The notes beneath the pieces were generated by a model that made no database searches, was not told the DNA's origin, and was given only the letters and a program-made list of their open reading frames with translations. This document shows, one piece after another, positions 8,266 through 15,468 of a DNA stretch of 41,141 nt. The position numbers and the translations under genes were made by a program. Origin of the DNA: a virus; the IMG/VR virus record IMGVR_UViG_3300045988_104990, positions 1-41,141 of that record; one strand, 5' to 3'. Each line of letters starts with the position of its first letter. Position 1 is the stretch's first letter.

Positions 8266-8432
8266 CAGGCGAAAAGTGTATATCCTGCAACGACAGATTT
8301 CCCGGCTGTCAGGACCACTGCGAGTACGGGAGAGCAGCAAAGGCAGAGCGGCTGCAGCGGAAAGACCAAAAAGAAAAGCAATCACAGAACGAGGCGCGCG
8401 ACTACTACGCCGCCAAGAGATATAGGAGGTAG
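8262..8432 (+). CDS. 56-aa Cys-rich protein (not in ORF track)
   Basis: ATGA overlap with the resolvase stop. Hand translation gives MTGEKCISCNDRFPGCQDHCEYGRAAKAERLQRKDQKEKQSQNEARDYYAAKRYRR. Confidence 0.45.
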   Translation: MTGEKCISCNDRFPGCQDHCEYGRAAKAERLQRKDQKEKQSQNEARDYYAAKRYRR

Positions 8433-8434
8433 AA

Positions 8435-8851
8435 GTGCTTGAGAGTTACAGAAAAATCAACGTTGAAGAGTTCTTGAGAGATTACCGGGACAACTGCGCC
8501 AAGCTGGCAGAACTGAAAAGAGAAAAAGACTACCTGCTAGGAGCCGCAGGCGTTGACACAACAAAAGAAACGGTTAAAGGCGCGCCAAGTTCGCCGACAG
8601 AGAACGCAGCGGTGGCAAGAGAACGAATCGACCGCAAGATAGCAGCCCTTGAGGAGTACTTCCGGGCATTCAACGCGGCTATGGACTTTCTTGACGACAC
8701 AGACCGGCAGATAGTCCAAGAGTTCTACGTTGCGAATAACCCGACAGCCCTATCAGCGACAATGCGGCTGCAGCGGTTAGGCTACAGCGACAGAGCTATC
8801 AGAGCGAAGCGAGAAAAGGCGATCAAGCGGTTGTACCACTTTTTCAATTAA
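8435..8851 (+). CDS. ArpU/RinA-like late-gene transcriptional activator (sigma region-4-like)
   Basis: GTG start after AGGAGG. Size of 138 aa, its position as the last gene before the packaging module, and the C-terminal HTH-like LGYSDRAIRAKREKAIKRL. Confidence 0.55.
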   Translation: MLESYRKINVEEFLRDYRDNCAKLAELKREKDYLLGAAGVDTTKETVKGAPSSPTENAAVARERIDRKIAALEEYFRAFNAAMDFLDDTDRQIVQEFYVANNPTALSATMRLQRLGYSDRAIRAKREKAIKRLYHFFN

Positions 8852-8870
8852 ATCGCTGTAAAACAAAAAC

Positions 8871-8899
8871 AGCCCCCTTTACGGGGGCTTTGTGTTTTT
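8871..8899. terminator. Bidirectional rho-independent terminator
   Basis: AGCCCCC-tttac-GGGGGCT, followed by TTGTGTTTTT and preceded by an A-run. It sits between convergent genes. Confidence 0.8.
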
Positions 8900-9062
8900 A
8901 TCTAGCCTCTACTACTTCATACCATGATTCGTAGTAGCTTTCTTTTTCGGCAGCAATCACTGCCGCTTCTTTTTCGGCTTCCTCGAAGCTGTCGGCACAA
9001 ACGCCGTACACCCTTGTTTTGCAGCCGCTTTCGCAGCTTCTGAAGATAACATCATAATTCAT
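8898..9062 (-). CDS. 54-aa acidic Cys-containing protein (not in ORF track)
   Basis: AGGAG RBS. Hand translation gives MNYDVIFRSCESGCKTRVYGVCADSFEEAEKEAAVIAAEKESYYESWYEVVEAR. Confidence 0.5.
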   Translation of the reverse strand: MNYDVIFRSCESGCKTRVYGVCADSFEEAEKEAAVIAAEKESYYESWYEVVEAR

Positions 9063-9077
9063 TGCTTAGCTCCTTTC

Positions 9078-9272
9078 CTATACCTGAAAATCATTATGAC
9101 TTTCTCTATATTCCCGCAGGGCTTTTTTAATTAAGCCCTGCTTATTGTTTGTTTTTGCTAACATATCTAGTATGTCAGCGTCTGTTCGATAATTTAATTT
9201 TATTGTTTGATAGGTCGTGTTTGACCTATCCCACGCCGCCTTTTGGGCGTTTCTTTTTTCCGGGGATACCAT
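9078..9272 (-). CDS. Small protein, possible ribbon-helix-helix DNA-binding fold
   Basis: YQTIKLNYRTDADILDMLAKTNNKQGLIKKALREY resembles Arc/MetJ-type RHH proteins, weakly. Its start overlaps the upstream stop by 1 nt. Confidence 0.5.
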   Translation of the reverse strand: MVSPEKRNAQKAAWDRSNTTYQTIKLNYRTDADILDMLAKTNNKQGLIKKALREYRESHNDFQV

Positions 9273-9454
9273 TACGCCAGTTCCTCTCTTGTGTCGCCTC
9301 GTACAACAGCGTAGAAGTTCGGCTGATACATTCCTTCTTCTTTGTCGTGCGCCTCATATTCAGCTATAAGGGCAAGGCCTGCTTCAACGCTTTCAACTTT
9401 CTCGATTAAGTTGCCGGCTTCTCTGTCGGCTGTCCAAATTTCGTACTTCTTCAT
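9272..9454 (-). CDS. 60-aa strongly acidic protein
   Basis: ORF with GGAGAAAAAAC-ATG RBS. High Glu/Asp content. Confidence 0.55.
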   Translation of the reverse strand: MKKYEIWTADREAGNLIEKVESVEAGLALIAEYEAHDKEEGMYQPNFYAVVRGDTREELA

Positions 9455-9512
9455 TGTTTTTTCTCCTTTTCTTTTTATTATGCCCCTGTAAGGGGGCGAG
9501 TGTCAATTGTTT

Positions 9513-9776
9513 TTAGAAGCTTATCGCTTCGCCTACAGCTTCATAGCTTGTAAGCAGGTGATACTTTAACGCCTTGTAGCTGTCAAGGTTCTTTGCAATC
9601 AGGTCCTTGACAACGTCCTTGTTTACCTTGACGTTCAATCTGTCGACAACGCCGAACATAAACTCAACGTTGTACAGTCCGGGCGAATCGTAATAATTCG
9701 ACAGAACGTTATATGCAATTTTTTGTTCGCCGCAGCACACCTCACGCGCCACGTTTCTTATTTTTGTTGTTTTCAT
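9513..9776 (-). CDS. Hypothetical protein
   Basis: GGAGG RBS before the ATG at 9776. 87 aa. Confidence 0.55.
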   Translation of the reverse strand: MKTTKIRNVAREVCCGEQKIAYNVLSNYYDSPGLYNVEFMFGVVDRLNVKVNKDVVKDLIAKNLDSYKALKYHLLTSYEAVGEAISF

Positions 9777-9849
9777 TTCATTACCTCCATTGCTTAGCCT
9801 GTTTCGCTCTTGCTCATCAGTGCCGGACTTTTACCGGCAGACAGGGGGG

Positions 9850-10005
9850 CTATATCCTAACCCCTAACAGCATACAAGTACGTTTTGCCTCGCAGAGTGT
9901 GAGCCAGTTCTCAGAGCTCATGTCTGCTATGTAGTTGGCTCTTGCTTTCATATATACTGCCTTTGCCTCGGCTTTTCTGTCTTCTAACTGTTTTAAATGT
10001 GTCAT
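9850..10005 (-). CDS. 51-aa protein
   Basis: GGAGGTG RBS 6 nt before the internal ATG at 10005 (MTHLKQLEDRK...). The longer 10074 start would overlap the upstream gene. Confidence 0.5.
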   Translation of the reverse strand: MTHLKQLEDRKAEAKAVYMKARANYIADMSSENWLTLCEAKRTCMLLGVRI

Positions 10006-10007
10006 CT

Positions 10008-10169
10008 TTACACCTCCCACGCTTCCGCTTCTTCTAATGTGCGGAAGTATTTTCCGCAGCCGCAGTAGCACCAAGTCTTACCGCCGTCTATGCTGCGCCA
10101 TATCTGCGCATTGTAGTTATAACCGTCTACTGGAAGCTCTAGCTTCTTTATTTCTTTCTTTTCTAACAT
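10008..10169 (-). CDS. 53-aa protein (not in ORF track)
   Basis: GGAGAAAAC RBS. Hand translation gives MLEKKEIKKLELPVDGYNYNAQIWRSIDGGKTWCYCGCGKYFRTLEEAEAWEV. Confidence 0.5.
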   Translation of the reverse strand: MLEKKEIKKLELPVDGYNYNAQIWRSIDGGKTWCYCGCGKYFRTLEEAEAWEV

Positions 10170-10225
10170 TTTTGTTTTCTCCTTGCTTAGCTGTTGTTTT
10201 CGACGGTGTCCCCGTCTGTGATTAC

Positions 10226-10255
10226 ATCATAGCACCGCACCCCCGGAGCTGTCAA
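10226..10255 (-). promoter_or_regulatory. Sigma-70-type promoter driving the minus-strand small-gene cassette
   Basis: On the minus strand: TTGACA (10255..10250), an 18-nt spacer, then TATGAT (10231..10226). It lies about 60 nt upstream of the first cassette gene. Confidence 0.6.
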
Positions 10256-10290
10256 CACTTTTTTTCAAAGTTTTTTCAAAAACCGCTGAG

Positions 10291-10309
10291 ACCGTTGAAA
10301 TTCCAACGA
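10291..10309. repeat. 19-bp element ACCGTTGAAATTCCAACGA containing palindrome CGTTG-n6-CAACG (copy 1)
   Basis: Identical at 18 of 19 positions to 11158..11176. The internal inverted repeat was read directly. Confidence 0.85.
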
Positions 10310-10498
10310 AAAAATTTTGAAAATGTGCCAACAGGAAGCCAAGCGGCGCGCATATAATGTATTATAATATATATAAATAAAAGTATTTCTTCTAAAACTG
10401 ATTGTTTCATAGTTTTAATTTACTCCTTGAAAATTATTCGGACGACAGCGGGACAAAATCCTGCTGTTTTTCGTTATACAGGAGGAAAGGGGGCACAT

Positions 10499-11011
10499 AT
10501 GGCAGTAATAGAGACAACAGCACAGGTAATAGACATAGAGGCCCCAGGGGGCAAGGTAGATCGCCGTAAGGGCAGAGGCAGGGGCTTCGGAACTGGAGCA
10601 GGCAGCAAGAGAGCCTTTGAGAGCGGCCAACAGCTGATAGATGAACTCGAAAAGTACTGCGACTACCTCAAGAGTACTAACTATCAGGAGTACCCAACCA
10701 AGATGGGATTTGCTGACTTCTGCGGGAAGAACAGATCCACCGTATGGAATGCTGTTAATAACTTTTACCCGGAAATAAAGAAACAATGGCAAGAGACTAT
10801 AGAGCAAGTACTAGTTAACGGCGTTAATGCAGGAGTATATCACGTTACCATGACTATATTCATACTTAAGAACTGGTGCGAATGGACGGATAAAAGGGAA
10901 ACTGTCACGACTGAAAAAAAGCCCGCAATCGCTTCAAAACAGGAGCTTCGGGACGCTATACAGCAGTACTTGCAAGCGCCAATAGAGGAAGACAGCGAGC
11001 AGACAGAGTAA
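10499..11011 (+). CDS. terS: Terminase small subunit
   Basis: AGGAGG RBS before ATG 10499. P-T-K-x-GFADFCG-x-NRSTVW HTH-like segment and FILKNWCEWTDKRE, typical of Terminase_2-type small subunits. Located upstream of terL. Confidence 0.75.
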   Translation: MAVIETTAQVIDIEAPGGKVDRRKGRGRGFGTGAGSKRAFESGQQLIDELEKYCDYLKSTNYQEYPTKMGFADFCGKNRSTVWNAVNNFYPEIKKQWQETIEQVLVNGVNAGVYHVTMTIFILKNWCEWTDKRETVTTEKKPAIASKQELRDAIQQYLQAPIEEDSEQTE

Positions 11012-11012
11012 A

Positions 11013-11155
11013 GCATAAACATACATTCGTTTGTATAAAAGTATCAGAATATCCCGAGGAAATACCTCAAATATTGCATAAACAGCGTATATCCATTGCA
11101 TAAAGCAGCATAACAGAATATGCATAGATACAGCATATAGACCATAAAACAGCTA
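11013..11155 (+). repeat. Array of 5-6 degenerate GCATAAAC(AGC)-like repeats downstream of terS
   Basis: GCATAAAC at 11013. ATTGCATAAACAGC at 11074. ATTGCATAAAGCAGC at 11095, which is 21 bp later. GCATAACAG at 11107, TGCATAGATACAGC at 11121, CCATAAAACAGC at 11142. Confidence 0.7.
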
Positions 11156-11157
11156 TA

Positions 11158-11176
11158 ACCGTTGAAATACCAACGA
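11158..11176. repeat. 19-bp element ACCGTTGAAATACCAACGA (copy 2)
   Basis: 18 of 19 positions match 10291..10309. The two copies bracket terS. Confidence 0.85.
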
Positions 11177-11199
11177 TTACAGGCAATACAGGCATGCAA

Positions 11200-11229
11200 C
11201 TATTCCGAAGATAAGGATTTTCGGAATAG
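11200..11229 (+). promoter_or_regulatory. Perfect 10-bp stem hairpin CTATTCCGAA-n10-TTCGGAATAG
   Basis: Read directly. Followed by only a short T-run, so its function (terminator or protein site) is unclear. Confidence 0.6.
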
Positions 11230-11442
11230 TTTAAACATACATATACCCCGAAGAAATTTTTTTGAGGGGTACAGGGGGGACTGGGGGATACCGGGGTACC
11301 GGGTAGTGAATACCGGTATGGTCCGGAGAGTAAGTATCAAATCTGAAACGACCCCCTCGTCGAAATCTTCCCCCGTAGGTAGGGTACCTCACCCGTGCAA
11401 CCCAATTTCAAAACACCCCCTACCAAAAAATAGGTGGTATAT

Positions 11443-11512
11443 GCCGACGTAGCTCAGATGGTAAGTCCCGTTAAGCACAAGGTCGCAGGTTCAAGTCCTG
11501 CTGTCGGCGCCA
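11443..11512 (+). tRNA. tRNA-like element or degenerate tRNA: acceptor stem, T-arm and encoded CCA intact, but no foldable anticodon arm
   Basis: GCCGACG pairs with TGTCGGC for a 7-bp acceptor stem. The T-arm is GCAGG-TTCAAGT-CCTGC, followed by discriminator G and CCA. The D-loop start is GCTCAGATGGTA. Only 67 nt lie before CCA. No 5-bp stem with a 7-nt loop can be drawn in positions 14-42. Confidence 0.45.
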
Positions 11513-11564
11513 GCAATCCATATAATTACCTCCGAAGCATTTCGGGAAAATCCTTTTAAGTCGT

Positions 11565-11592
11565 GGCAGGAGACTGAAAACCCTGCCTTTTA
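11565..11592 (+). terminator. Hairpin plus T-run downstream of the tRNA-like element
   Basis: GGCAGG-n11-CCTGCC followed by TTTTAAT. Confidence 0.5.
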
Positions 11593-11594
11593 AT

Positions 11595-11762
11595 ATGATA
11601 GTAGACATAAATAAAAACAGGCCACACGAAGTATCAGAGCTTATCTGTTTAAAGTGCCTGCACAGATGGATAGGAGTATATCCGAAAGACACGCCATTAA
11701 AAGACATTGTATGTGTATGCGGTGAAAGCGGCTATGTAATAAAAACAGGGCAGACATTATGA
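11595..11762 (+). CDS. Possible 55-aa CxxC..CxC protein upstream of terL (not in ORF track)
   Basis: Hand translation gives MIVDINKNRPHEVSELICLKCLHRWIGVYPKDTPLKDIVCVCGESGYVIKTGQTL. ATGA overlap with the terL start. No convincing RBS. Confidence 0.35.
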   Translation: MIVDINKNRPHEVSELICLKCLHRWIGVYPKDTPLKDIVCVCGESGYVIKTGQTL

Positions 11763-13216
11763 ATGAAGAACAACTGTACCGAATGATACTGCAAAACGAC
11801 TACGCAGAGTATGTGCAGTATACATCTAGGGGACAATGGAAAAAGACAAAATTTCATAGATACCTGTGCGAAGCAGTACAGAGCTTCATTGAAACCGATA
11901 CGGGACATGCTGCAGACATACTTGTTTTATCGGTCCCGCCGCAACACGGCAAGAGCGTTACCATAACAGAGAGCTTAGTGTCATGGTATATGGGAAAGCA
12001 CCCAAACCATTCCTGCATAATAGCCTCATACAATACAGACTTTGCGGAGAGGTTCGGCAGACGTAACAAAGAGAAGATAGAGCAGTACGGAGAGGCGATA
12101 TTCGGCATAAGCGTCGGCGGTAAAAGCTCCAATCAGGAGTTTGAATTAGACGGAACAGCAGGTAGATGTGTCTCAAGAGGTATGCTGTCGGGTATTACAG
12201 GTAACTCCGGTCACTTAATCATCATAGACGACCCTTTAAAGACAAAAGAGGAAGCGTATTCGCAGACCACAAGGGACAAGCTGTGGGAAGAATGGAGTTT
12301 CTCCATCAAGTCACGTTATCAGGACGTAACAAAAGTAGTTGTGATAATGACGCGCTGGCACGATGACGACTTAGCAGGTCGGATAATCAAGAATGAAAAC
12401 AACGTCACTGTAATAAACCTGCCCTTAGAAGCAGAAGCTGACGATCCGTTAGGGCGTAAAGTCGGAGATTCCCTGTGCCCTGAGCTCGGCAAAGACAACG
12501 CATGGGTAAAGGAATTCAAAGAGGGCTTCCTAAAGACCGAGGGTGGAACAATGGCGTGGAATGCTTTAATGCAGGGACACCCGACATCAGAAGATGGCAA
12601 CATGCTTAAAAGGGAGTGGTGGCAGTACTACGACGAACTGCCCGAATGCGGCGACTGGCTTATGAGCGTTGACGCAGCCTTTAAAGACGGAGACGACAAC
12701 GACTATGTAGCAATACAGGTATGGGGCAAACGAGACGCCAACATGTATCTTATCGACCGAGTTAAAAAGCACCTTGATTTTCCGTCCACATTAAGAGAGA
12801 TAAGACGTCTGAGAGGGCTTTATCCGAAAGTAAAACAGGTACTGATAGAAGACAAGGCAAACGGTTCTGCTGCAATACAGGTTTTAAGACGTGAAATGCA
12901 TGGCGTAATAGGAATCAATCCGCAGGGCGGTAAAGTTTCAAGAGTAAACGCAGTATCGGGCGCAATAGAAAGCGGTAACGTATGGCTTCCGAAAAACAAA
13001 GTATGGACACACGAATTTGTTGACGAATGCGCGGCGTTTCCTAACGGCGTACACGATGACGAAGTAGACTGCTGCTCACAGGCATTAACAAGATTTATGT
13101 ATTATCGCGGCAAAGTGCCGGAGATGATAAAAAAGAAGAAGACACTATCCGACGTATTCAATATGGGTACGAAAAGAAAGAGATTAGACATAGGAGACAG
13201 AATCAATGTTGTATAG
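11759..13216 (+). CDS. terL: Terminase large subunit
   Basis: Walker A-like SVPPQHGKS, Walker B LIIIDDPLK, coupling motif TRWHDDDL. C-terminal nuclease acidic residues (SVDAAFKDGDDNDY, HDDEVD). Confidence 0.95.
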   Translation: MNEEQLYRMILQNDYAEYVQYTSRGQWKKTKFHRYLCEAVQSFIETDTGHAADILVLSVPPQHGKSVTITESLVSWYMGKHPNHSCIIASYNTDFAERFGRRNKEKIEQYGEAIFGISVGGKSSNQEFELDGTAGRCVSRGMLSGITGNSGHLIIIDDPLKTKEEAYSQTTRDKLWEEWSFSIKSRYQDVTKVVVIMTRWHDDDLAGRIIKNENNVTVINLPLEAEADDPLGRKVGDSLCPELGKDNAWVKEFKEGFLKTEGGTMAWNALMQGHPTSEDGNMLKREWWQYYDELPECGDWLMSVDAAFKDGDDNDYVAIQVWGKRDANMYLIDRVKKHLDFPSTLREIRRLRGLYPKVKQVLIEDKANGSAAIQVLRREMHGVIGINPQGGKVSRVNAVSGAIESGNVWLPKNKVWTHEFVDECAAFPNGVHDDEVDCCSQALTRFMYYRGKVPEMIKKKKTLSDVFNMGTKRKRLDIGDRINVV

Positions 13217-13442
13217 TTTATCAACGCTGTTACTTTGCATGGTAATGGCTTTTTTAGTTCCGTTAGTTGTCATAAAGGCATTTATAGCAGGCTTTAAGTT
13301 CCAAAAGGGAGAAGATATCCTTGTCCCTAAAAAAAAGGCTGTAAAGGTCACTGAAAGCGACACAGAGCGCAAGAAAAAGATACTTGAAGCCAACATAGAA
13401 AAATATGACGGCACATCTACAGGACAGATAGAGGTTAAATAA
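13206..13442 (+). CDS. Small membrane protein
   Basis: 78 aa with an N-terminal hydrophobic segment LLLCMVMAFLVPLVVIKAFIAGF. Lies between terL and portal. Confidence 0.5.
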   Translation: MLYSLSTLLLCMVMAFLVPLVVIKAFIAGFKFQKGEDILVPKKKAVKVTESDTERKKKILEANIEKYDGTSTGQIEVK

Positions 13443-15409
13443 TGGAAACAACATCAATATGGGTTAAATACCAAAAAGGTAAAGAATTCATTAATAAGAA
13501 AGCACTCATACAGAACACGCAGAAGAACTGGAACTTTTATTTAGGCAATCAGTGGGAGGGGCTTGAAAGCGGCGGCGAGAAAATGCCGATGTTCAACTTC
13601 ATCAAAGGCGTTGTAAAGTACAAAGTTGCGGTTATTTCGCAAAACAAAATGGCTGCAAGGTACATTGATCCCGAAAGCCGCCCCGAATACAAGGGAATCT
13701 GTGAAGCGCTGAACAAAAACTTTGAGAAACTGTGGGAAAACGGCAAATTTGACGTCAAGTCGTGGAATACCGTTAAAGGCGCTGCTGTAGTAGGCGACGC
13801 ATATCTGTTTTGGGGCAATTCAGACGCTACAGACACACAGGTTTTGCCTAATGTAAACGTGCTTTTAGGTGACGAACAGCAGCCGGACCTGCAGAAACAG
13901 CCGTACATTCTGATAATTGAGCGTCTAAGAGTAGGCGAAATCAAGAGAATGGCAAAGGAAAACGGCTTGCCGCAGGAGAAAATAGACCTTATTGTGCCGG
14001 ACGAGGAAAAAGAGCTTGTCATAGGCGACAAAACAGAGGTTCAAAACCCCGATGACGAAAAATGCCTGTCAATTCTCTATATGGACAAAGACGAAAACGG
14101 CTATGTCAGAGTAGGCAGAGCAACAAAGACGGTAGAGTATGAGCCGGTAGAGCCTTTAACAAGAAAAAATCAGCGTGGAGAGGCTACAGGAGGCTTAAAG
14201 GCATACCCGATAGTAAGTTACATATGGGAAGACGCACCGAACTCAGCAAGAGGGCTTGGAGAAGTAGAACAGCTTATTCCAAACCAGCTTGAATTAAATA
14301 AAACACTTGCAAGACGTTCAATCACAGTCAAGCAGACAGCATACCCGCGCATAGCGTATGACAGAAGTGTGATTGATAACGAAGAGGATATAAACAGAAT
14401 AGGTGCTGCAATCGCGTTAAACGGCGGCGGCGCACAGTCTGTATCGCAGATGATTTCATACTTAAATGCAACATCAATGTCAGCAGACGCACAGTATCTG
14501 TCAAACGACTTGCTTGAAATAACGAGAGACCTTGCCGGTGCAGGAGACGCAGCAACAGGTAATGTAGACCCTGAGAAAGCCTCAGGAGAAGCTATCAATG
14601 CAGTAAAAGACGCTGCACAAATGCCGCTTAATGAACAGGTGGCAAAATACAGCCAGTTTGTAACAGACATTGCATATATAGCATTAAACTTATGGTTTGC
14701 ATACAACAAGGATATTACTGTCTCATACGAAGACGACTTCGGACAGCGGCAGGAACTGCAGATAACGCAGGAAGATATAAACGCACTGCAGCCAAATATC
14801 AAGATAGATGTATCCTCAGACAGCCCTTGGAGCAAGCAGGCTGAACAGCAGGAGATAAAGGAACTGTTTATGCAGGGCCACATCACCTTAGAGGAATACA
14901 CAGAGCTTATGCCGGACAACTCATACATTCCAAAAGCGAAACTGAAAATCATTCTTGACAAGAGAAAAAATCAGATGATGAATCAAACGCCTATGGGACA
15001 AATACCTATGGAACAGATGGAACAAATACCTGCAGAGCCTGACGACGACGAAGAGGCGGCGGCAATAGATGAAATGGCACTTCAGATGATGGAAAGCGAG
15101 CCTGACGATGACGAAGAAGCCGCAGCTATAGACGAAAGAGCAATGCAGATGATGCAGGGCGAGGGACTTGTAGACGAAAACGGCGAGCTGTCAGACGGAG
15201 CATTAGACGAAGACGCACTTGTAGATAAATTACTGGCAGAAGCAGAAGCCGCAGAATGGCAGAATAGCCGTTCAGTCAATAAAGAACTTAAAGAAATCCT
15301 TGATAAATGCCTTGAAGAGGGGCTTATCGACAAGGAAGATTACGAAAAGGCTTTGCAGAATGGCTTATCGGAAGAAGAAATTGAATACCTAAAAAATTTA
15401 CTCAGTTAA
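13442..15409 (+). CDS. Portal protein with acidic repeat-containing C-terminus
   Basis: 655 aa directly after terL. N-terminal NWNFYLGNQWEG is a portal-like motif. Position and size fit. Confidence 0.8.
   Translation: METTSIWVKYQKGKEFINKKALIQNTQKNWNFYLGNQWEGLESGGEKMPMFNFIKGVVKYKVAVISQNKMAARYIDPESRPEYKGICEALNKNFEKLWENGKFDVKSWNTVKGAAVVGDAYLFWGNSDATDTQVLPNVNVLLGDEQQPDLQKQPYILIIERLRVGEIKRMAKENGLPQEKIDLIVPDEEKELVIGDKTEVQNPDDEKCLSILYMDKDENGYVRVGRATKTVEYEPVEPLTRKNQRGEATGGLKAYPIVSYIWEDAPNSARGLGEVEQLIPNQLELNKTLARRSITVKQTAYPRIAYDRSVIDNEEDINRIGAAIALNGGGAQSVSQMISYLNATSMSADAQYLSNDLLEITRDLAGAGDAATGNVDPEKASGEAINAVKDAAQMPLNEQVAKYSQFVTDIAYIALNLWFAYNKDITVSYEDDFGQRQELQITQEDINALQPNIKIDVSSDSPWSKQAEQQEIKELFMQGHITLEEYTELMPDNSYIPKAKLKIILDKRKNQMMNQTPMGQIPMEQMEQIPAEPDDDEEAAAIDEMALQMMESEPDDDEEAAAIDERAMQMMQGEGLVDENGELSDGALDEDALVDKLLAEAEAAEWQNSRSVNKELKEILDKCLEEGLIDKEDYEKALQNGLSEEEIEYLKNLLS
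15035..15160 (+). repeat. 2 x 63-bp in-frame tandem repeat (EPDDDEEAAAIDE.A.QMM) in the portal C-terminus
   Basis: Read directly from DNA and translation. Confidence 0.85.
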
Positions 15410-15410
15410 T

Positions 15411-15436
15411 AAAGGACCTTAACAGGTCCTTTTATT
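15411..15436 (+). terminator. Hairpin AAAGGACC-ttaaca-GGTCCTTT after portal
   Basis: Perfect 8-bp stem immediately after the stop codon, followed by TATTAT. Confidence 0.55.
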
Positions 15437-15468
15437 ATACAAATTTTAAAAAGAAGGAGACGTAAAAA

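Noticed and set aside
9460-9512. Hairpin GCCCC-tgtaa-GGGGGC between two minus-strand cassette genes as a terminator
   Set aside because: It is not followed by a U-run on either strand. It may be a processing or stability element, but I cannot support a terminator call.
9149-10357. + strand ORFs (86, 73 and 140 aa) across the small-gene cassette
   Set aside because: The minus-strand reading gives six compact ORFs, each with a proper RBS and with start/stop coupling. The + strand ORFs lack RBSs and have low-complexity Phe/Leu/Ser/Cys composition.
10276-10410. 44-aa minus-strand ORF (MKQSVLEEILLF...) upstream of the cassette promoter
   Set aside because: The AAGGAG lies 12 nt from the ATG, which is too far. 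The ORF spans an AT-rich promoter region and the palindromic 19-mer, and would read into the -35 box. Probably fortuitous.
11162-11452. 96-aa + strand ORF in the terS-terL gap
   Set aside because: It has a TTG start inside the 19-bp palindromic element and no RBS. Its composition is dominated by G-runs and C-runs translating to odd Gly/Pro/Arg strings, and it runs into the tRNA-like element. It is better explained as structured non-coding DNA.
11471-11707. 78-aa minus-strand ORF
   Set aside because: It overlaps the tRNA-like element and a terminator hairpin in antisense. No RBS.
13549-14961. Long minus-strand ORFs (160 aa, 247 aa, 75 aa) inside the portal gene
   Set aside because: These are antisense shadow ORFs of a well-supported + strand gene, with Ser/Cys/Ala-rich nonsense-like composition and no RBS. 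The same reasoning applies to the minus ORFs within 26750-29764, 16142-17244, 17548-17949, 12319-12772 and 6412-7241.
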